Below are positions 1 through 9,877 of a stretch of 64,000 bases of DNA, one piece after another. How positions within the stretch are numbered: the first letter of the stretch is position 1; each line of letters starts with the position of its first letter. The DNA comes from a virus. Both the position numbers and the translations under genes were made by a program. The stretch is taken from IMG/VR virus record IMGVR_UViG_3300048834_000455, positions 1 through 64,000 of that record; one strand, given 5' to 3'. The notes beneath the pieces are model-generated. The model saw only the letters and a program-made list of their open reading frames with translations. It was not told the DNA's origin and did not search any database.

Positions 1-693
1 ACATCTCAGGTGTTTCCGTCGCATTCAAGCGAGCCTAGCGCGGGGATAACCTTGTCGTCTTCGGTTGACGACAAGTTGAAGTTCGCTGTTCAATGTCCGA
101 CGACGCAGATCGAAACACAGTACGACCACCCGCTGCTGTTCGAGGACCGTATCGCGTACCTGGACCCTACCGAGACGCTAATTCTCTTCCCCCCAAAACT
201 CCGGCTCGATACGGGCGATCCGGCGATCGTGAACGAGTCCCATCTCGAATGGGATGCGGCCTGGCATGGGGGCTCAATGGCGACCAATGCGATCGGATAC
301 GCGAGCATCGACCTGGCCGGCGGCGACTACGACAACATGGTGCGCTGCTGGATCGTCGCTCGCACCTGGGAGGGCGCGGAAGAGTGGCGGCACGAGCTTC
401 CGATCGTTAAATCATTTTCCAACCTAGCCAGCAGCACTGACGGCCGCACCTTCATGCTGTACAGAACCAGCGACGGGGACCATGATACAGCAACCGAGCT
501 GCGGTGCCGCATTATTACAACCGCTACCGGGGCTTTGCTCCGCGACTACGACCTCGGGGATTACCCCTATTACCCGATCGAGAGCGTCAATAAGGGCCAG
601 GGATCGCGGGTGTTGTCCGAGACGCTGGCCATCCACGGCGATCGAGTAATCATGCTTGCCGGCGGCAACGCTTACGACCTGGCCCCCGCCTAA
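1..693 (+). CDS. Virion/tail-associated hypothetical protein, 5' partial
   Basis: Frame is open from base 1 and lies directly upstream of the tail-fibre cluster. Confidence 0.55.
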   Translation, partial: TSQVFPSHSSEPSAGITLSSSVDDKLKFAVQCPTTQIETQYDHPLLFEDRIAYLDPTETLILFPPKLRLDTGDPAIVNESHLEWDAAWHGGSMATNAIGYASIDLAGGDYDNMVRCWIVARTWEGAEEWRHELPIVKSFSNLASSTDGRTFMLYRTSDGDHDTATELRCRIITTATGALLRDYDLGDYPYYPIESVNKGQGSRVLSETLAIHGDRVIMLAGGNAYDLAPA

Positions 694-719
694 CATAGGC
701 CCGCAAGAAAGGATCCACG

Positions 720-1064
720 ATGGCCACACCCGAGAAAGTCAAAATCCCCAAGCACACCCGCGGCGACAGTGCCAGGCTCACGTTCAATCTGACGACCGAT
801 GCCGACCTGACGAACTGCACGGCCAAGATGACCTTTCGCAAGAACAGCGCGACGGGCGCCATCGTCAAGACGCTCGACAGCGAGGCCGGAACGCCGACCC
901 TCACGGTGTCCAATAGCCCCAAGAAGGTGGTGACATCGGTGTTCTCTATCGACGTGGTTGGCCAGATTTACTGGGACCTTGAGCTTGTTAATAACGATTG
1001 GGATCTGCCGAAGGTTACCCCGTATGCGGGGGTCTGGCAAATCACGCAGGACCAGACCCCGTAA
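720..1064 (+). CDS. BppU N-terminal-like baseplate/fibre adaptor protein
   Basis: RGDSARLTFNL..DLTNCTAKMTFRK and YWDLELV patterns typical of BppU_N-like Ig folds; preceded by an AAGGA RBS. Confidence 0.6.
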   Translation: MATPEKVKIPKHTRGDSARLTFNLTTDADLTNCTAKMTFRKNSATGAIVKTLDSEAGTPTLTVSNSPKKVVTSVFSIDVVGQIYWDLELVNNDWDLPKVTPYAGVWQITQDQTP

Positions 1065-1669
1065 TGGCTGACTTCAGCATCGGCGCCATACTCGAGGTCC
1101 CGTTTGCGGAGTTCGAGGCCGAGGTCGTGCTCAATATCACCGAGTTCAGCGTAGACTTGGTGCTAGAGTCTGGGCCGGCCGGAGCGGTTGGGCCCGCGGG
1201 CCCGGCTGGTGCGGCTGGAGCAACCGGGGCGGCAGGGCCGGCCGGGCCTCAAGGAATCCAGGGCCCCGCAGGCCCCGCAGGAGACGCCAAGGCCGCCTTC
1301 GTGGCCGAGAACAACGAGCCCAGCGCCACCATCCACGCAGGCCAGGCCGTGGCCACCTCGGCTAGCGGCGGTGTCGTCCTCGCCTCCTGCGCCAACACCG
1401 CCCTGCAAGCCATGGGCATCGCCGAAACCACGGCCGCGCCTGGCGCCGACCTCACCGTGGTAGCCCTCGGAATCGCCGAGGTGGCCGACTGGACGCCAGC
1501 CACCGGGGCCGCCTGGCTACCCGCCAACACCAAAGTTTGGCTGGGGCTAGCCGGGGCCCTGACCACGACCCCAACCGCGACGGCCGGCCAGTATCACCAA
1601 TCCCTGGGCGTGGTGATCGACCCGTATAAAATCGTTGTTTCACCATCTCGAATCATAATTTTGACATAA
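1064..1669 (+). CDS. Collagen-repeat fibre protein with C-terminal beta domain
   Basis: About 13 Gly-X-Y triplets (GPAGAVGPAGPAG...). ATG overlaps the previous stop (TAATG). Confidence 0.75.
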   Translation: MADFSIGAILEVPFAEFEAEVVLNITEFSVDLVLESGPAGAVGPAGPAGAAGATGAAGPAGPQGIQGPAGPAGDAKAAFVAENNEPSATIHAGQAVATSASGGVVLASCANTALQAMGIAETTAAPGADLTVVALGIAEVADWTPATGAAWLPANTKVWLGLAGALTTTPTATAGQYHQSLGVVIDPYKIVVSPSRIIILT

Positions 1670-1693
1670 ATAAGCACCAGGAGAAGCAAGATA

Positions 1694-2413
1694 ATGGCAG
1701 ATCAAAAACCCTTAAAGGTAAACGCGAACGGCGACCCATCTCAATTCGGAACCGGCGACACCATCCCACTGGCGAGCGGCGGTACAGGCCAAGCAGCCGC
1801 CGACGCCGCAGCCCTTCGCACCGCCTTATCCATCCAGACGCAGGACGCCGCGCTGGACGAGATTGCAGCCCTCACCCTGACGAAGGGCGACATCCTGGTC
1901 CACGACGGCACCAACCTCAACAAGTTGGACCCCGGCACTAATGGCCAGGTGCTGGCGGCCGCTAGCGGAGAGGCGACGGGGCTCGATTGGATCGACGTTG
2001 TTACCGCCGCTGAGGCCAAGCACACCACGACCAATGACAACGCCGGCACCGCCAACATGGGCCAGCCGGTGTACATCAAGTCTGACGGCGACTTCGATCT
2101 GGCCCGCGCCAACGCCGAGGGCACCTGCCGCTCGATTGGCTTCGTGCAGGACGCCACCATTGCGGCCGCCGCTGATGGCGAAGTTCAACTAGATGGTGTT
2201 ATCACGCTTGGGGCAACGGCCGACTGGGACGCCATCACGGGCGGCTCTGGCGGGCTTACCCCTGGCGCTATCTACTACGTGAGCACAGCCACGGCGGGCC
2301 TGCTGCAGAGCACGGTGCCATCGGGCGCCGGCAACTACATTTGCCCCGTGCTGCTGGGGCTTTCGGCGACGGCCGGGCAGATCCTGAATCGCCCTCGCAT
2401 CGCGCTGACTTAG
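1694..2413 (+). CDS. Tail fibre/decoration protein
   Basis: GGTG motif, KGDILVHDG and GTNGQVL fibre repeats, and a C-terminal GQPVY...GLTPGAIYYVS domain. Confidence 0.7.
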   Translation: MADQKPLKVNANGDPSQFGTGDTIPLASGGTGQAAADAAALRTALSIQTQDAALDEIAALTLTKGDILVHDGTNLNKLDPGTNGQVLAAASGEATGLDWIDVVTAAEAKHTTTNDNAGTANMGQPVYIKSDGDFDLARANAEGTCRSIGFVQDATIAAAADGEVQLDGVITLGATADWDAITGGSGGLTPGAIYYVSTATAGLLQSTVPSGAGNYICPVLLGLSATAGQILNRPRIALT

Positions 2414-2425
2414 TCTGGAGGCCCA

Positions 2426-3679
2426 ATGGCAGATGTCAAAGTTCTCAAAGCCGGCACGACGGGCGAACCGTCACAACTCGCGACCGGCGACACCCTCGGC
2501 GCGGCACACGGCGGAACCGGCCAGACGACCCTTGCCCTCGCCCTGGCTGCCTTGCTCGGCGAGGTGGGCGGTACACCTGGGGCTGGCAAGGTTCTGGTGG
2601 ACGTTGACGGGGCGGGGACCTATGAGTGGGCGGCACCAGGAGGCGGCATGATCATCGACGACAGCACGGACTTTGGAGACGGGAGTAGCGGCGCTGTTAC
2701 GGCCACTACGGCGACGATCACGGCCGACATCGACGCCACCACGTACACGGTACCAAACGGGGTTACCGTTTCAATCGGCTGGAATTCCTCGGCTGGCAGG
2801 GCTGCCAGAATCCGGGCGCAGCAGTATGTGCGTGTGATAGGAACAGGCAAAATCACTGCTTCCGGGTCCAACGCTCCTACAGGCTCAGGAACAGTTGGCG
2901 CGGTAGGGGGGGCATCCCTGACAGGCGGCGGCGGTGGTGGCGGCGGCGGCGCTTCTGGGGGTGCAGGAGGAACGTCTGGGCGCACTGGAAGTGATGGCTC
3001 AAGCCGTAGCGGAAATAGTGGAGGCGCAGGCGGAACCGGCACCCCTGGGGGAGGAAGCGGGGAGATTCATTCGGGCGGCGCTGGCTCGGGGAGCGGCGGT
3101 TCCGGCCTTTCCGAGACCCCTCTACTGTTTGCGTCAATGGCCGATTGGGTGGCAGCGGACTGGGACGTAGGGGGTAGTGGTGGGGGGGGGGGCGACAAAA
3201 CGGGTTCAGCCCACGGAGGCGGCGGAGGCGGCGGTGGAGGAGTGCTTTTACTCGCAGCCCCCGTCATAGACCTTCGGCGAACCACATCCACCTCTTTACT
3301 GGCCAGTGGTGGAGCCGGTGGCGCGGGTTCTGGGGCTAGTACTGGTGGCGGTGGCGGCGGGGGCGGGGGCGGAGTAATCTCTGTCGTTTGTCGCCAGTTC
3401 CTTATGCCCCAGGTTTATATGTCGCCCACCATTGCTGTTTGCGCCGCTTATGGTGGGGCAACTGGAAGCATAGATACGGCGTCAAGTTATCTCCGTGTTG
3501 GAGTGGGGGGTCGCATTATTGTTGCCTGTGAGAATGCGGACGCAGTAAACAGGGAGAACAAAGCTCTGCAGAATGTGACCAACTCTGCAACCTGCTACTT
3601 GGCCGACCAAGCTAACCCTACTACCCACGGGCAACCGAGCCCACCTGTAATCATTATGCAACAGGTGGCACCCGCATGA
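2426..3679 (+). CDS. Glycine-rich tail fibre/adhesin
   Basis: Multiple polyglycine tracts (GGGGGGGG, GGAGG); N-terminus resembles that of the upstream fibre. Confidence 0.75.
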   Translation: MADVKVLKAGTTGEPSQLATGDTLGAAHGGTGQTTLALALAALLGEVGGTPGAGKVLVDVDGAGTYEWAAPGGGMIIDDSTDFGDGSSGAVTATTATITADIDATTYTVPNGVTVSIGWNSSAGRAARIRAQQYVRVIGTGKITASGSNAPTGSGTVGAVGGASLTGGGGGGGGGASGGAGGTSGRTGSDGSSRSGNSGGAGGTGTPGGGSGEIHSGGAGSGSGGSGLSETPLLFASMADWVAADWDVGGSGGGGGDKTGSAHGGGGGGGGGVLLLAAPVIDLRRTTSTSLLASGGAGGAGSGASTGGGGGGGGGGVISVVCRQFLMPQVYMSPTIAVCAAYGGATGSIDTASSYLRVGVGGRIIVACENADAVNRENKALQNVTNSATCYLADQANPTTHGQPSPPVIIMQQVAPA

Positions 3680-4143
3680 TTATCGCCCTCCCCACCGCCC
3701 TCATCGAGTGGACGAACGTCGCCTGGCCCGAGCTGCTCAAGGTCGGTGGCCTGGGCAACGTCCGTTTCCGCGTCGTGGACAAGCTCCCGTTCGGCAGCGA
3801 CGCCTACGCCATGACCTGGCGCGGCGAGGTGCTAATCCGACGCGAGTGGATAGCGCCGGCGCTCCAAGACCTCGGGCCGAACAACGAACTCTCCCTGCGC
3901 CACCTGTGGGCCGTGAGCATCCTGGCCTGGCACGAGCCTGTTCACGTGCTGGAACAGCGCGGACGCCCCTGGGCCCTCTACCTCGCGCGGTACGTGTGGC
4001 AGTGGGTTTGCGCGGGATTCTCCTATCGTGAAATAGACGAGGAAGAACACGCTTACGAACACCAGGCGCGGTTAGCCGAGAGGTGGCGCAGCGGGCCTCC
4101 GGTGGTGATGCCTGACTGGATTTGGACGAGGCCGGGAGGATAG
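3676..4143 (+). CDS. HExxH zinc-metallopeptidase-like protein (DUF4157-like)
   Basis: AMTWRGEV..WHEPVHVLEQ...EEEHAY motif set. Confidence 0.6.
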   Translation: MIIALPTALIEWTNVAWPELLKVGGLGNVRFRVVDKLPFGSDAYAMTWRGEVLIRREWIAPALQDLGPNNELSLRHLWAVSILAWHEPVHVLEQRGRPWALYLARYVWQWVCAGFSYREIDEEEHAYEHQARLAERWRSGPPVVMPDWIWTRPGG

Positions 4144-4145
4144 CT

Positions 4146-4754
4146 ATGGACGGGACAGAGTTTGGCGGGGTTGGGCTAGCAGCCGGAATCGTGCTCAAGT
4201 CGAGCGTGGACTGGGTCAGAGAGCGCTGGAAGGGGCGCAACGACGCCAAGAAGCTCGACATCCAGCACGACCAGCAGGCGGCCGAGAACGACGCCAGGGC
4301 CGTCCCGGCCTACCAGGACCTGGTGGCAACGCTGATGGCCAGTCAGCAGGCACTGAGCGTCAAGCTCGACACCGTGGAGGCCGGCTACACCGCCAAGCTC
4401 GACAATCTGCAACGCTCATACAACGAGCAGGCCATTAAGCTGGGGATCCTTGAGCACCAAATGGTCGACATGACGAGCAAGCTCGCCGACGCGCACCAGC
4501 AGAAGGCCCTGGACGTGGCCACCATTGGCCACCTCAACTCCGAGGTTGACCGGCTCTGCGACGACCTCGACGACGTTCGGGCGAACCTGATTGCCATGCG
4601 CCGTGACCGCGACAAGTACCGCGATCTATTCCACCAATGCGCCGAGGGTAGTCTTTCGCTGCCCTTCATCGACCCTGGGCCGTTGGTGCTTGATGGCGAA
4701 GAGATTGACGCAACCCAGACGAACAGACTCCTCGGAGTGAAAGGACCAATCTAA
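4146..4754 (+). CDS. Holin-like/lysis accessory protein: N-terminal hydrophobic segment plus coiled coil
   Basis: GGVGLAAGIVL followed by a long heptad region; GGGAGG RBS; immediately upstream of the lysin. Confidence 0.5.
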   Translation: MDGTEFGGVGLAAGIVLKSSVDWVRERWKGRNDAKKLDIQHDQQAAENDARAVPAYQDLVATLMASQQALSVKLDTVEAGYTAKLDNLQRSYNEQAIKLGILEHQMVDMTSKLADAHQQKALDVATIGHLNSEVDRLCDDLDDVRANLIAMRRDRDKYRDLFHQCAEGSLSLPFIDPGPLVLDGEEIDATQTNRLLGVKGPI

Positions 4755-5491
4755 TGCCTGACGCCATCAAGCGCCTGACCTGCCCCGCCGAGGACGCATC
4801 CCGCACCATCGACCTCGACGATATGACGAAGCCCGACCTGGTGCGCTGGATTGCGGGAGCCTTCCCCGACGTGCTGCGATACAACGAGAAGGGCGACAAA
4901 GCGTTTCTCGGCGTCGTGAAGGCCAAGCCCGTGGACCCTCCTGCCAAACCCGGCCCCGTCCACGACCCTTCGCTAGTCGGCCCCAAGAAGACCCCGACTC
5001 TCAAGAAGGGCGACTTCCACCTCGTGGTCAACGACAGGGACGAGACCCTCAAGGCCTACGACAGCGAGGGCAAACTCGTGGCCGAGATTCCCTGTCTCGC
5101 GAAAGGCGTCAACGGGCGCACCACGTGGGCCAACGGAGGCGACACCCCGCCCGGCCTCTACAAGCTCGGCACCCTCTACCGCTGGACCAAGGACGAGGGC
5201 ACGGGCATCCTCAACGCCTTCGGGCTTTTGTGCTGGGACCTTGAGGAGCAAGAGGGCCAGGAGAACGTTCGAGGCCGAGACGGGATCGCTCTCCACTGCG
5301 GCGGCACCGGAGCTTGGCCCAGCCCGACAGCGGCACGGCAGACGCTGGAGAAGACCCTCGGTTGCGTGCGCGTCCACAACGAGGACGCCGAGAAGGTGAT
5401 CCTCCCGCTGAGCCACGTGTTCGTCAAGGGCGCCTGGCAGAGGCGGCCTAACACCGTGTGGGTCTCGGTGTTCCAGGACTGCGACCGATGA
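4754..5491 (+). CDS. L,D-transpeptidase (YkuD) fold protein, putative endolysin
   Basis: DTPPGLYKLG, IALHCGG and TLGCVRVHNED catalytic His/Cys motif. Confidence 0.8.
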   Translation: MPDAIKRLTCPAEDASRTIDLDDMTKPDLVRWIAGAFPDVLRYNEKGDKAFLGVVKAKPVDPPAKPGPVHDPSLVGPKKTPTLKKGDFHLVVNDRDETLKAYDSEGKLVAEIPCLAKGVNGRTTWANGGDTPPGLYKLGTLYRWTKDEGTGILNAFGLLCWDLEEQEGQENVRGRDGIALHCGGTGAWPSPTAARQTLEKTLGCVRVHNEDAEKVILPLSHVFVKGAWQRRPNTVWVSVFQDCDR

Positions 5492-5970
5492 CCGCCGCCG
5501 CTACTCTCGCCGGCCTCCTCGCCCTCGCCGTCATCATGGCCCTGTTCGTGCTGATGGCTCTGTCTGGGGAACCAGAGTCGCCGCGCAGCCCTCGCCCCTC
5601 GGAGAGCGACCCTCTCGCCGGTTCGCAACGCCTGCAGGACTACCGGGCAACTGCCTCCTCGGTCGCTACCATGACGCGCCCGCACGCACGGCCCCGGAAG
5701 CCCTCCGCCCAAGCCTTCCCCTCTCACCACCCACGCAAAGCGCAGCCCTCGAACCCGTGGGCTCACGACGAGGGCCACATGGCCAACCTGTTGCCCCAGG
5801 ATTCCGGGTCCTACGAGGCGAGCACGCATGTCCACCATCACGGCGGTCATCACCACCATTGCACCGTCGAGAGCGGTCACCACTACGTCGACCCTGCGCC
5901 TTGCTACGACTCCGGCTCAAGCTATGATTCGAGCTCTAGCTGTGACAGCGGCTCTGGCGGCTGCGAGTAG
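5488..5970 (+). CDS. Single-TM protein with His-rich and Ser/Gly/Cys-rich tail
   Basis: N-terminal TM segment LAGLLALAVIMALFVLMAL; C-terminus SSSCDSGSGGCE. Confidence 0.6.
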   Translation: MTAAATLAGLLALAVIMALFVLMALSGEPESPRSPRPSESDPLAGSQRLQDYRATASSVATMTRPHARPRKPSAQAFPSHHPRKAQPSNPWAHDEGHMANLLPQDSGSYEASTHVHHHGGHHHHCTVESGHHYVDPAPCYDSGSSYDSSSSCDSGSGGCE

Positions 5971-6071
5971 CGGTCTCGACTCCAGCAGATCCTCTCACCC
6001 TGACCTCCGCGGGCGCTAAGGCTTCGCCGAGACCATAGACGCCCGGGGCTACCCGGGAGAAGCGAGCGTTC

Positions 6072-6281
6072 ATGGGCTACTCGTTCTCTCACCCCAATCG
6101 CGGCCGCGTGCAAGAGCGCCGCAAGACGCGTAGCAAGTGCTCGCTTTTTCGCCGCAAGATCGTTTACGCGAACCCCGACCTCGCCGAAGCCGCTGCCGCC
6201 GAGATGGCCGCGATCTACCAGCAGGAGTTTCGCGCCTACCCCTGTGACCGCTGCCGATGCTGGCACGTGGGCCGACCATGA
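6072..6281 (+). CDS. Small YxCxxCxxWH zinc-finger protein
   Basis: RAYPCDRCRCWHVG motif. Confidence 0.6.
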   Translation: MGYSFSHPNRGRVQERRKTRSKCSLFRRKIVYANPDLAEAAAAEMAAIYQQEFRAYPCDRCRCWHVGRP

Positions 6282-6293
6282 AAGGAGACACCA

Positions 6294-6389
6294 ATGACCG
6301 CACTTGACCAAGCCTGGATCAACCTGGGCTTCTCGCTCTCGCTACTCTTCGCGGCCCTCGCCATCTTCTGGCGCACGGCAAAGCCCTGA
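6294..6389 (+). CDS. 31-aa membrane peptide (not in the ORF track)
   Basis: Strong AAAGGAG RBS; MTALDQAWINLGFSLSLLFAALAIFWRTAKP. Confidence 0.55.
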   Translation: MTALDQAWINLGFSLSLLFAALAIFWRTAKP

Positions 6390-8643
6390 TCCACCTGACG
6401 GCCCTAACCGTCCACTCAGTGGGAACGATGCCCGCAACGACAGCACGCCGGTGTGCACAATCCCACAGGTGCCAAAGAGTCGCGACCTTGGCGGCCAGAG
6501 TCGGAAGCCTGTTGGCCCAGGCCCTGACGTGGTAAAGGTCGCCCTCTGGTCGGTACTGCGGTCCGAGCCAGGCTGACAGCTCCGTAAGGGCTTCGGCGCC
6601 GTCGTCGGAAATCGCCAAGGCCAGGCGCTCCGGAGGCTGACCGTTCACGGGGGTGATGGGAGGTAGCAGTCGGCGGATGGTGTCGCGATAGTCGGCCATC
6701 AGGCTTTCAGGTATGGGCTTGGCGCTACGCACGTCGCGATAGCCAGCACGAGGCAGGGCGAACACCCAGAAAAAGCGCTCCAGTAGCCCGCGCCCCGAGA
6801 ACAGTTGGTTCATGAGGACGCCTCGAAGGTGTACGGGCTGGCTCATGACGAGCATGGCCAACGAGGGTCGCTCGGAGAAGTAGGAGCCTCCCGAAATGGT
6901 GTCCTTGGCCAGAAACTCACCCGAGAACGCGGACATGTAGACCGTTGCCACCTCAGCACGCTGTGAATACTTGCCGGCCATTCCCTCGAAGGGGCCACCC
7001 TCCGCGGAGAGCAGACCGATTGAACCCTGCTCGGCCAGCAGGCTGGCCAGTTTCTCCGGGGTCACGTCCTGGCAAGTGAGGCGCTTGGGTCGGAGAGCGG
7101 CTAGTGCGTTGAGGCGTCGGATGTGGTCGGCCAACTCGGCCCGAAGGTCGTCTTCGCCCTTGCTGGCCCTCTTGAGCAGCGCCGTCCGTCTGCTCTCGAG
7201 CAGTTGGCGTTCGGCCTCCTGCTCGGCGAGCTCGTCGCGGTAAGCCTCTCTGGCTTCAGCTTCGTGGGCGTACAGGGGGGAAGCAAGGTGCGCGATGTCG
7301 GCGCTCTTTCGCTCGGCGCTGTCGGCCCCCACCCCAGCGGCCACGGCGAGATTCTCAAGGCGCTGGCCAATCTTGACATAGTACTGCCCGTGGGTCGCCG
7401 TAGAAATCACACAGGTTGCGATGGCCTGGGGGTTGTCTCGGGGCGTCTGGTTGCACTCGCTGACGGCGTCGGTTACGGCTTCCAGTGACTCCGGCAAGCA
7501 CCCGGTCGGAGGCTCAGGGGTCTCCCAGGCGTCAAGGGGAAGGATCTCCGGCCAATCAAACTCGGTCTCAGGATCCTGGGACAATTGGGACGGAAAGGAA
7601 TCAATCGGCTCGGCATCCGGGTGAGAGTGCCGGGTCCCGTTACCGTTGGTGGGCACGGTGCTCTTGCCGTTCGCCTCCGTCTTGGGGCGAGGTGGGGTGT
7701 AGAACTCCCTGGTCAGCGCGATGGCGCCGCTCACAGTGCCTTCTCCGTAAAGCTCACCAGCCCGCGCGGGTCGGTCCCATTTGGGACGGTAGAGCCCGGA
7801 AGCCCGGAAGGCAGAGTCGACGCGGGCGGGGTCGCCCTGGAGATAAAAGGCAAGCTTCGAGCAAAGCCAGCCGTCCGCCGTGCTTTGGTCCCCATACCAC
7901 GCGCCCCAATCGCCACGGTCATAGAGGGCAATGAACTTGTCGCCATCCTTCGAGCGGCGGGCTACGTCCAACAGCTCTTGATCGGACAACGAGACGGGTT
8001 CACTGGCTTTGGGCTTGTTCGCTGACGCAGGCCTTCTTTTAGCGGCGGCTCGCTCGGTCCGATGGGCCAGGGCGCCCTCGTGGAGCCGGCGAACGTTCTC
8101 TCCGCTATCCGGCAACGTGCCCCCATGCGAGAGATGATGGGCATGCCCGGTTATCGTGAAGTAGCGGGAGCCTGGATATATCTCAGTGACGACCCCGGGT
8201 CGAGGATACCCATCGAACTTGCACCCCGGTGGCAGCGACAATCCAGGTGCATGGACAAACCCCTTAATGCCACGGCCAGAGGGGCTAACCTCCCAGTACG
8301 CTGGTATGTCGGCGATGATTTCAGCAACCTGCCCGTCGAGCACCCCATCCGACGAAATACAATCATCGAAATCGACACCGACAAAATCCGTTCCCCCAAG
8401 CATGAACCCAATGCCAGTGACTGAGTACTTAGCCATGGCTTTGACAGCCGCCCCAAAGCCGACCCCCGACGCGGGAAGGGTGGCGTTGACGGGCAGGCCG
8501 TTACGGGGGTCGACGGGGATTTTAGTAATCTTGCCGTCCCTGTCTTCCGTGTTCCACAGGATGAACGAGGGCACAGTCTTGAGGTCGTCAGGAATGTTTT
8601 CCAGTTGGAGGTCGGCCGCTCCGATCTTGATTGGCGCGTTCAT
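6319..8643 (-). CDS. AEP primase-polymerase (NrS-1-like) plus helix bundle and DUF3987/YfjI domain, apparently C-terminally truncated
   Basis: FVGVDFDDC, EVSPSGRGI, EIY..SRYFTITG; DQSTAD..LAFY..FRASGLYRPKWDR; DVTPEKL..SAEGG..GRGLLERF. The last ~20 aa read antisense through the small phage gene. Confidence 0.85.
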   Translation of the reverse strand: MNAPIKIGAADLQLENIPDDLKTVPSFILWNTEDRDGKITKIPVDPRNGLPVNATLPASGVGFGAAVKAMAKYSVTGIGFMLGGTDFVGVDFDDCISSDGVLDGQVAEIIADIPAYWEVSPSGRGIKGFVHAPGLSLPPGCKFDGYPRPGVVTEIYPGSRYFTITGHAHHLSHGGTLPDSGENVRRLHEGALAHRTERAAAKRRPASANKPKASEPVSLSDQELLDVARRSKDGDKFIALYDRGDWGAWYGDQSTADGWLCSKLAFYLQGDPARVDSAFRASGLYRPKWDRPARAGELYGEGTVSGAIALTREFYTPPRPKTEANGKSTVPTNGNGTRHSHPDAEPIDSFPSQLSQDPETEFDWPEILPLDAWETPEPPTGCLPESLEAVTDAVSECNQTPRDNPQAIATCVISTATHGQYYVKIGQRLENLAVAAGVGADSAERKSADIAHLASPLYAHEAEAREAYRDELAEQEAERQLLESRRTALLKRASKGEDDLRAELADHIRRLNALAALRPKRLTCQDVTPEKLASLLAEQGSIGLLSAEGGPFEGMAGKYSQRAEVATVYMSAFSGEFLAKDTISGGSYFSERPSLAMLVMSQPVHLRGVLMNQLFSGRGLLERFFWVFALPRAGYRDVRSAKPIPESLMADYRDTIRRLLPPITPVNGQPPERLALAISDDGAEALTELSAWLGPQYRPEGDLYHVRAWANRLPTLAAKVATLWHLWDCAHRRAVVAGIVPTEWTVRAVRWIRALPCARRWRGPRRVARARSPG

Positions 8644-9038
8644 GAGCGCACCTCTCCGAGATACTCGTCGAGAGCGGCCAAGGCGAGCGCGGAGAAGGCA
8701 TCGGCCTTGTCGCGGGACACGAAGGTGACCACGGGGTCATAGATCGGTTTGCCGTCCAGGGCCAGCTTGACCTCGCCACCGTACACACGGACTTTGCTCG
8801 GCGGATTGCACCAGCGCCTGCCGTCCTTCTCGAAGACCAGGCAACCGTGATAGATTACACCAGAAGCTGTCTCGATGGTGATAACGTCGGTGGCGGCGCC
8901 AGCGCCGGTTAGCGCTTTGTGTTCGCGGATGACGGCGACGGTCGGCCGAGGCGGTGCGCACATCGCCATGGCCTGGGCGGTCCTGGTGTTGGCGGCGGCC
9001 CCGGAGGGGGCCCCACCTTGGCGAGGCCCCGGGGTCAT
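8640..9038 (-). CDS. SpoVG-like nucleic-acid-binding protein
   Basis: GVIYHGCLVFEKDGRRWCNPPS..YDPVVTF..DAFSALAL pattern. Confidence 0.55.
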   Translation of the reverse strand: MTPGPRQGGAPSGAAANTRTAQAMAMCAPPRPTVAVIREHKALTGAGAATDVITIETASGVIYHGCLVFEKDGRRWCNPPSKVRVYGGEVKLALDGKPIYDPVVTFVSRDKADAFSALALAALDEYLGEVRS

Positions 9039-9286
9039 ACCGTCCCCCTTGCGATGAGCGCGAGGGCCTCGGCGCGGGAGCCAACCAGGTGCCGGATCGG
9101 CGGCTCGCACCAACGGATCACGGTCACGAGCCAGCCCTCTCTTGTGGGGCTGGCGGCGTGTAGCGGGTAGCGCTGGCGGTTGCGCTGATGGGGCGAGGGT
9201 GTTAAACTAACCACGGGTTCGTCATAGCCTTTTTGAGGGTTGCACTTTGCGGGTGCAGCCCTTTTTGTTTTGGGGCGGGGCGTCAT
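9035..9286 (-). CDS. Satellite hypothetical protein
   Basis: AGAAAGG RBS; ATGA coupling to the next gene; basic MTxRxK..AP start. Confidence 0.45.
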   Translation of the reverse strand: MTPRPKTKRAAPAKCNPQKGYDEPVVSLTPSPHQRNRQRYPLHAASPTREGWLVTVIRWCEPPIRHLVGSRAEALALIARGTV

Positions 9287-9384
9287 AATGTAGCCTTTCT
9301 CTGTGGGATTCCGGTCTCTATGCCGGCGGTCGTGGGGCAATGTCGAGCACGCCAGCGGGTGCCGGCGTGCGGGGTTGTCATGGG

Positions 9385-9654
9385 TTAGCGGGCGAGCGCC
9401 TGAACGGTGTGGCGTTCAAGCCACTTGGCAAAATCTGCGATGGCGATGCGCTTGGCGCCGCCAGCGGTAACCTGCGTGTATCGCAACTCTCGGCGATCGC
9501 AGGCCCGGCGGATGGTGTCGTCGCTCACCTCATATGCCTCAGCGAGCGTCGCAATCGATGCGTAGCGAGGAACCGCGCGGCCTTCCTCGAGGCGATCCAG
9601 CTTACGCATGATACGGTCCAGCATCTGTACGGGGTCCTGTTGGGTGTCTCTCAC
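9385..9654 (-). CDS. Excisionase-like HTH_17 protein
   Basis: YASIATLAEAYEVSDDTIRRAC..RIAIADFAKWL; GAGGAGG upstream of the GTG. Confidence 0.7.
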   Translation of the reverse strand: MRDTQQDPVQMLDRIMRKLDRLEEGRAVPRYASIATLAEAYEVSDDTIRRACDRRELRYTQVTAGGAKRIAIADFAKWLERHTVQALAR

Positions 9655-9877
9655 GGTGCTTATCAGTGCCTCCTCTTGCGGTATATGCAGAGGATAGGCT
9701 ATTCTGGCGGCATACATAAGGAGCAATCGTTTGCCACACTCTTTAGCTTCCAGCCTCGCCCGCCGTTCGGTCATCGGGAGTGGCGTAGTCACGGTGCCAG
9801 CCCTGGGGGCTGGGGTGCCTTGGACGGACCAGCCTGATCGAAAATTTAAGCACCAACGCTTTGACAGCGTGTCCAAA

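Noticed and set aside
2920-3380. GGC/GGT microsatellite-like tracts and a G-run near 3182 as phase-variation sites
   Set aside because: They encode in-frame polyglycine with mixed codons; no evidence of slippage without reads.
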